Shown piece by piece: positions 16,275 to 21,580 of a stretch of DNA of 21,580 nucleotides. The translations under genes were made by a program, and so were the position numbers. A model generated the notes under the pieces. That model was given only the letters and a program-made list of their open reading frames with translations, was not told the DNA's origin and did not search any database. Position 1 is the stretch's first letter; each line of letters opens with the position of its first letter. The stretch spans positions 1-21,580 of the forward strand of contig CAXXMR010000021.1 of NCBI GenBank assembly GCA_963663805.2. Reading direction: 5' to 3'. The DNA comes from Sedimentisphaerales bacterium (lineage in GTDB: Bacteria > Planctomycetota > Phycisphaerae > Sedimentisphaerales > SM23-30).

Positions 16275-18935
16275 ATGGCAGTTTCAAAGGCAAAAAAAAC
16301 GTGGAAATTCAGACTTTCGGGAATCAAAGAGCTTCAATCTGATTGCCGTGAGCAAAATGTTCATATCGATGTAAGTGAAGATGTTTCCTGCCTGGGCAAT
16401 CCGGTACAGGCGGGGCAATTGCTCATTCCCAATTCGCTTGCGGTTCATCCTATGGAAGGTGCCGACAGTGATGAGTTAGGCAGTCCGGGGCCGTTGACTT
16501 ACCGGCGTTATAAACGTTTTGCCGGTGGCGGTGCGGGACTGTTTTGGGCCGAGGCGATTGCTGTCGCTCCCGAAGGACGAGCCAACCCGCGACAGTTATG
16601 GCTGCACGAAGGCAGTAAGGATGCGTTTGCCGAAATGGTAAGGCAGATGCGCCGGGCGGCTAAACAAAGTATGGGCGAAGATTTTGAGCCGGTAATCGTC
16701 GCTCAGCTGACTCATTCGGGCAGATACAGTAAGCCCGACGGCAAGGCCCGGCCTCTAGTGCCGCAACGTGACCCCTATCGCGATTCGCTGATACCTGAGC
16801 CCAAGCCAACCACTGAAAAAAACAGCAGAGTTGATGACAGTTATATCGTTACGGATGAATATCTGGATAATTTACAATTAGCTTGCGTTAAGGCTGCCCG
16901 GCTGGCTTATGAAGCAGGCTTTGACGCGGTTGACATCAAATCCTGTCATGGCTATCTGGTCAATGAAATTTTGGCAAGCCGAAACCGTCCGGGCAAATAC
17001 GGCGGCTCTTTCGAAAACCGAACCCGCTTTGTTCTGGAAATCATCGATAAGATCAAAGAGGCTCTGGGCGACAAACTGGCTATTTGTCTGCGACTGGGTT
17101 TTTATGACGCGATTCCTTATCCTTATGGCTGGGGTGTTGATGAAAAGGATTACACCAAGCCGGATTTGACCGAGCCGAAAAAGTTTCTCAAATTACTGAG
17201 TGAAAAAGGTATCCGGCTGATAAATTTCACAATCGCTAATCCATATTACAATCCGCATGTGGGCAGGCCTTTTAATCAGGCCATCAAGGGAGCTTATAAT
17301 GAGCCGGAACACCCGCTCAAAGGTGTGGAGCGGTTAATTAACCTCGCGGCGGAAATCCAAAAAGAGTTTCCGGAAGTCGCTCTGGTGGGAACAGGCTACA
17401 GTTGGCTGCGGCAATTAATGGGCAATGTCGCGGCGGCTTCGGTGGCACAGGGTAAAATAAAAATCGTCGGGGCGGGCAGAATGGCTTTTGCCTATCCGGA
17501 TTTCGCCAGGGATTTATTGAACGCTGGCAAGCTGGATAAAAACAAAGTTTGTGTCGGATGCAGTGCCTGTACCCAATTGATGCGTGATGGGCAGCGGGCG
17601 GGTTGCGTGGTGCGTGACAACGAAGTGTACGGTCCGTTTTTTAGATATGGTCGCATGAGCGACAAAGTCAATCTCCAGCGGCTGAGCGAAAATTGTCTGC
17701 AATGCCAGGAACCGACCTGTCAGTTGGCGTGCCCGGCGGGGATTGATATTCCCGGTTTTATCGCAAAGTTTCTGGACGGTGATGAGCAAGGTGCTTATGA
17801 AATCATTAGACAATCGAATATTCTGCCGGAAACATGCGCTTGGTTATGTCCGGTCGAACAGCAGTGTCAGGGCGGCTGTCTCCAGAAATTTATCGGGGAC
17901 GATGCCTTACCGATAGCGTACATTCAACGCTATTTGTCTGAGCAGGCCAACAAAAACGGCTGGTCGAAAATACGCTTACCCAAACAAAGCAGTGGCAAAC
18001 ACATAGCCGTCATCGGGGCGGGCCCGGCGGGTCTGGCGGCAACAGCGATTTTACTGGAAGCCGGACATAAAGTAACAATGTTTGATAAAAGCAAGTCCAT
18101 GGGCGGTATGATAGATTCGGTAATTCCGCGGGACCGACAATCAAACGCACTGAAAAGCGAAATTGCGGCGATATTCAAAAATGTCCCCTCTGAGCGACTG
18201 GAACTGAAAATAGGTTTTGAGCTGAACGAGAATCAAAACCTGGACCAGATCATGGCCGCCAATTATGACGCGGTTTTTATCGGTATGGGCCTGCCCTGTG
18301 CTATTGCGGGTTCGGATAAAAAATTAACCGGGACATACGATGCCCTGGATTTTCTTGCCTTGGCCAAATCCGGCAATATTGATTTGGCAGGCAGACAGGT
18401 GGCGGTTATCGGGGGTGGCAATACGGCGTTAGACGCGGCAGTTAGCGCTAAGGATTGCGGGGCTGGTGATGTGTATGTGATTTACCGTCGCTCATTCGCG
18501 GAAATGCCGGCCTGGCCTTCCGATCGCAATGCTGCTGCGAAAAAGGGGATTCATTTTCAGATTCTGACCCAGCCGGTAGATTACATCGGTGAAGGAAATA
18601 TCCTGAAAGCAATCGAAGTATGCCCCACCCGCTTGGCTGAACCGGACGCTTCGGGCCGGCGTAAACCAATACCTCTCCCGAACAGTGCCTACGAATTACC
18701 CATGGATGTGGCAATCGAAGCGATTGGTCAGACATCAGCCCAGGGGCTAAGCAAAATACTGCCCGGAGTTGAACTGGAATATGGGTTGATCAAAACCCAC
18801 GGCGACAGTTACGAAACATCTCGCAAAGGTGTTTTTGCCGGCGGCGATATGGTTCGGGGCGCATCCACGGTTGTTGCGGCAATTGCCGACGGCATGAAAG
18901 CCGCCCGCAGTATGAACAAATTCCTGAAGGATTAA
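16275..18935 (+). CDS. Fusion of an OYE-like FMN TIM barrel with a PreT/GltD-like Fe-S/FAD/NAD(P)H oxidoreductase
   Basis: N half: PNSLAVHPMEG, QLTHSGR, AGFDAVDIKSCHGYL, YGGSFENRTRF, GRMAFAYPD, CxxCxxC-x11-C. C half: CLQCQEPTCQLACP, CAWLCPVEQQCQGGC, IGAGPAG, VIGGGNTALD, YRRS, PDASGRRKP, GVFAGGDMVRGASTVV. Confidence 0.9.
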   Translation: MAVSKAKKTWKFRLSGIKELQSDCREQNVHIDVSEDVSCLGNPVQAGQLLIPNSLAVHPMEGADSDELGSPGPLTYRRYKRFAGGGAGLFWAEAIAVAPEGRANPRQLWLHEGSKDAFAEMVRQMRRAAKQSMGEDFEPVIVAQLTHSGRYSKPDGKARPLVPQRDPYRDSLIPEPKPTTEKNSRVDDSYIVTDEYLDNLQLACVKAARLAYEAGFDAVDIKSCHGYLVNEILASRNRPGKYGGSFENRTRFVLEIIDKIKEALGDKLAICLRLGFYDAIPYPYGWGVDEKDYTKPDLTEPKKFLKLLSEKGIRLINFTIANPYYNPHVGRPFNQAIKGAYNEPEHPLKGVERLINLAAEIQKEFPEVALVGTGYSWLRQLMGNVAAASVAQGKIKIVGAGRMAFAYPDFARDLLNAGKLDKNKVCVGCSACTQLMRDGQRAGCVVRDNEVYGPFFRYGRMSDKVNLQRLSENCLQCQEPTCQLACPAGIDIPGFIAKFLDGDEQGAYEIIRQSNILPETCAWLCPVEQQCQGGCLQKFIGDDALPIAYIQRYLSEQANKNGWSKIRLPKQSSGKHIAVIGAGPAGLAATAILLEAGHKVTMFDKSKSMGGMIDSVIPRDRQSNALKSEIAAIFKNVPSERLELKIGFELNENQNLDQIMAANYDAVFIGMGLPCAIAGSDKKLTGTYDALDFLALAKSGNIDLAGRQVAVIGGGNTALDAAVSAKDCGAGDVYVIYRRSFAEMPAWPSDRNAAAKKGIHFQILTQPVDYIGEGNILKAIEVCPTRLAEPDASGRRKPIPLPNSAYELPMDVAIEAIGQTSAQGLSKILPGVELEYGLIKTHGDSYETSRKGVFAGGDMVRGASTVVAAIADGMKAARSMNKFLKD

Positions 18936-18938
18936 GCT

Positions 18939-19959
18939 GTGAACTCAAAAGAATTGCTGAAACTAAAATTGGCAGGCAAACCAACTGAAAGAAATTTATT
19001 CTGCCCCGCCATTTATGAACACAAGGCTCGACTTATCAACAGGAGCGTTTCCGAGGTTGCCGGCGATATTGAACTGCTCAAGCAGGCGATTTTTGCTGAA
19101 TATGAGATATATCAGCCTGATATGCTGATGATTGGTATAGATATTTACAATGTCGAAGCTCAGGCTCTGGGTGCGGAGATTGTTTGGCCTGATGCTCAGG
19201 ATATCGTCCCTCATATTAAGGAAAAAATCCTGTGTGATATTTCCGAAGTGGAAAATCTTAAAATGCCGGAAATCAGCCACGCTGGCAGGATCCCCATGTT
19301 CCTGGAGGCGGCCCAATATATAAACCATAAGCTCGAACGCTATATACCGGTCCGGGGTGTATTGAGCGGCCCTTGTTCGATTGCCGCGGAATTGATGGGG
19401 ATCGAACCGCTGATAATGGCTATGATACTCGAACCCGAAAAAATTAACAAACTGCTGGACTTCACCACTTCTTTTGTGATTAACTACGGTAAGGAATTAT
19501 ATCAAACGGGGACTATCGGTGTGTTTGTTCGATTCTCAGGCCTCGCCGCCGCTACTGTCGCCTGATATGTTCAACACTTTCCTATTGCCCCGCCTGCGTC
19601 AAATCGCGCAGGAATTCAAAGCCGCTGGCTGTGAATTTACCGAGCTTGTCATCGGCGGCCAGACCGACCCGATTGCCGGTTACATGCTTGAGTCGGGTTT
19701 CGATATTGTCCTTTGCGATTATCCTTGTAATGTGAATGTATTTTTTGAAAATCGCCCCCAATCCGGGCCTTTGATTCGCAGGAACATCAATCCGGTTTTG
19801 ATTGAGCAAGGTAATTTCGAGGCATTGCAGAAAAAAACTGCTGAGGTAAAGCAACTGGGCAATAAGTTTAACAATGTGATTTTCGGCACCGGCGTTTTGT
19901 CGTATAACGTATCGACGGAAAACATTCTCAAAGTCAAACAGATGTCTCTGGAATCTTGA
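18939..19959 (+). CDS. Uroporphyrinogen decarboxylase/MtaA superfamily protein, one frameshift at ~19497-19500
   Basis: DIYNVEAQALGAEI, GRIPMFLEAA and GVLSGPCSIAAELMG in the first frame continue as IKRGLSVCLFDSQASPPLLSPDMF...NINPVLI...IFGTGVL from 19501. Removing one base gives ~339 aa. Confidence 0.82.
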
Positions 19960-19971
19960 AGGAGGAATGAC

Positions 19972-20766
19972 ATGTCAAATAAACCATTAGCGATTGTTAC
20001 CGGGGCCAGCCGTGGTATCGGCAAAGCCGTCGCTGCCGAATTGTCGTCTCTGGGCTATAGTATTTTAATCAATTATTTTGATTTTAAGGACGGCCAGCCG
20101 GACGATACCGTCGCGCAAAACACTCAACAGGAAATAATTAAAGCTGGCGGTATCTGTGATGTCTTACGAGGAGATATAAGCAGTACGCAGGACCGCCAGG
20201 CCTTGCTCGAATACGCCAAAACAAATTTTGGCCGATGTGATATGCTGGTAAATAACGCCGGTGTTGCTCCGGCTCAGCGTATGGACATTCTCGAAGCGGC
20301 AGAAACTTCTTATGACCGGGTCATGAACATCAATCTCAAGGGCCCTTATTTCCTGACACAGCTTGCGGCCAACTGGATGATTGAGCAAAAGAAGCTGAAC
20401 CCCGAACGAAATTACCGAATATGCAATACCTCCAGTATTTCGGCTTATACTTCCAGTCCGGGCCGCGGGGAATATTGCCTCAGTAAAGCGGGTGTCAGTA
20501 TGATGACTATGCTATACGCTGACCGACTGGCGGAGTTCGGCATCGGGGTATTTGAAGTCCGGCCCGGTATTATTATGACTGACATGACCGATGTCGTTAA
20601 GGATAAATACGACAAGCTCATCGCTGAAGGACTTACCCCAACCAAACGCTGGGGCTATCCGCAGGATATTGCCCGGGCGGTAGGTGTGATCGCAGAAGGC
20701 CGACTGGATTTTTCGACCGGACAGGTAATTAACGTTGACGGTGGATTTCATTTAAGAAGATTATAA
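19972..20766 (+). CDS. Classical short-chain dehydrogenase/reductase (type often annotated 3-ketoacyl-ACP reductase)
   Basis: TGASRGIG, NNAG, catalytic Ser in TSSISA, YCLSK, RPGIIMTDMT, TGQVINVDGG; strong SD AAGGAGG. Confidence 0.93.
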   Translation: MSNKPLAIVTGASRGIGKAVAAELSSLGYSILINYFDFKDGQPDDTVAQNTQQEIIKAGGICDVLRGDISSTQDRQALLEYAKTNFGRCDMLVNNAGVAPAQRMDILEAAETSYDRVMNINLKGPYFLTQLAANWMIEQKKLNPERNYRICNTSSISAYTSSPGRGEYCLSKAGVSMMTMLYADRLAEFGIGVFEVRPGIIMTDMTDVVKDKYDKLIAEGLTPTKRWGYPQDIARAVGVIAEGRLDFSTGQVINVDGGFHLRRL

Positions 20767-20773
20767 GGTTGTC

Positions 20774-21580
20774 ATGGAAACAAAAATTATCGCGAATCAA
20801 AAAGTGTGTATTCATAAATATAACACGGTTATCATCGGCGCCGGTGCCGCGGGCATGAACTGTGCCAAAAAGCTCTATGAATATATGGAGCAAAAGGGCG
20901 TCACTAATCCGCAGGACAAAATCGCCGTTGTAACCGCCGGTGTGCCGCTGGGCGCATCGCGTATGAGCGGTTCAGACAAGCAGACCTATTACAAAATGGG
21001 CACCAGCCCCGATATTGCCGACAGTGCCGATAGTTTCGCTCAAAGTTTGACCGCCGGCGGATGCTGCCATAGCGACCTCGCTTTGGCAGAAGGAATTGGC
21101 TCGCTGCGGGGATTTTATAATCTCGTCGAAGCCGGTGTGCCGTTCCCTAATGATAAAATGGGCAGCTATATCGGTTATAAAACCGACCACGACCCTTACG
21201 AAAGAGCGACTTCGGCAGGGCCCAAGACTAGTAAGTTCATGAGCGAATGTCTGGAAAAAATCATACGCAAATACGGCGTTCATATCTACGACCATCACGA
21301 AGCGGTTGAGTTCATCACTAAAGGTGAAGGTGACAATAAACGTATTACCGGCTTGGTTACGGTCTGCAAGAAAGAGCTGACGGATGACAATCTGGCCCTA
21401 AATATTTTCCTTGCCGAAAATTTCGTCCTTGCCGCTGGCGGCCCCGGCGCCCTTTATAAAACTAGCGTTTACCCTCTAGGCCAGACCGGAATGCACGGCA
21501 TAGCGTTCCAGGTGGGGCTGGCCGCCGAGAATATCACCGAATCTCAGTTCGGCCTGGCCAGCATCAAATTCCGCTGGAAT
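20774..21580 (+). CDS. FAD-binding flavoprotein of the SdhA/FrdA/NadB superfamily (3' partial; not in ORF track)
   Basis: Hand translation is open for 269 codons to the window end: METKIIANQK...NTVIIGAGAAG...LGASRMSGSDKQTYYK...LVEAGVPFP...GYKTDHDPYERATSAGPKTSK...VLAAGGPGALY...ENITESQFG. ATG follows TAAGG. Confidence 0.88.
   Translation, partial: METKIIANQKVCIHKYNTVIIGAGAAGMNCAKKLYEYMEQKGVTNPQDKIAVVTAGVPLGASRMSGSDKQTYYKMGTSPDIADSADSFAQSLTAGGCCHSDLALAEGIGSLRGFYNLVEAGVPFPNDKMGSYIGYKTDHDPYERATSAGPKTSKFMSECLEKIIRKYGVHIYDHHEAVEFITKGEGDNKRITGLVTVCKKELTDDNLALNIFLAENFVLAAGGPGALYKTSVYPLGQTGMHGIAFQVGLAAENITESQFGLASIKFRWN

Noticed and set aside
17690..18935. gltD/preT gene symbol, or an NfnAB-type bifurcating complex
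   Set aside because: The module is fused to an OYE barrel and no gltB, preA or nfnA partner is visible in the window.
19972..20766. fabG assignment
   Set aside because: No fatty-acid synthesis genes nearby; only general SDR motifs are supported.
413..21298. Numerous short antisense or nested ORFs in the track (e.g. 5562-6134, 6869-7252, 8986-9459, 20972-21298)
   Set aside because: They overlap well-supported genes and show no recognisable motifs; treated as shadow ORFs.

Overview
Bacterial carbohydrate-utilisation region. The protein style (secreted GLUG-repeat proteins ending in a dockerin-like DFNxDGxVD...EWL tail) suggests Planctomycetota, probably Phycisphaerae/Sedimentisphaerales; this is inference only. 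Order: two tandem paralogous GLUG proteins (the first is 5'-truncated and carries an extra ~550-aa unrecognised domain); a terminator overlapping a sigma70 promoter; a sodium:solute symporter broken by ~21 extra bases that look like sequencing error; two Gfo/Idh/MocA oxidoreductases; an AraC regulator; a GH151-like alpha-L-fucosidase; a URO-D/MtaA-like protein; a secreted serine esterase; an intact IS630 element; and a second AraC gene divergent from an operon. That operon encodes an unusual Old-Yellow-Enzyme/PreT(GltD)-like fusion, a second URO-D-like protein, an SDR and an SdhA/NadB-like flavoprotein that is 3'-truncated and missing from the ORF track. It is the best candidate for an undescribed system, possibly an anaerobic redox pathway for a modified sugar. 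No RNA genes or CRISPR arrays were seen.
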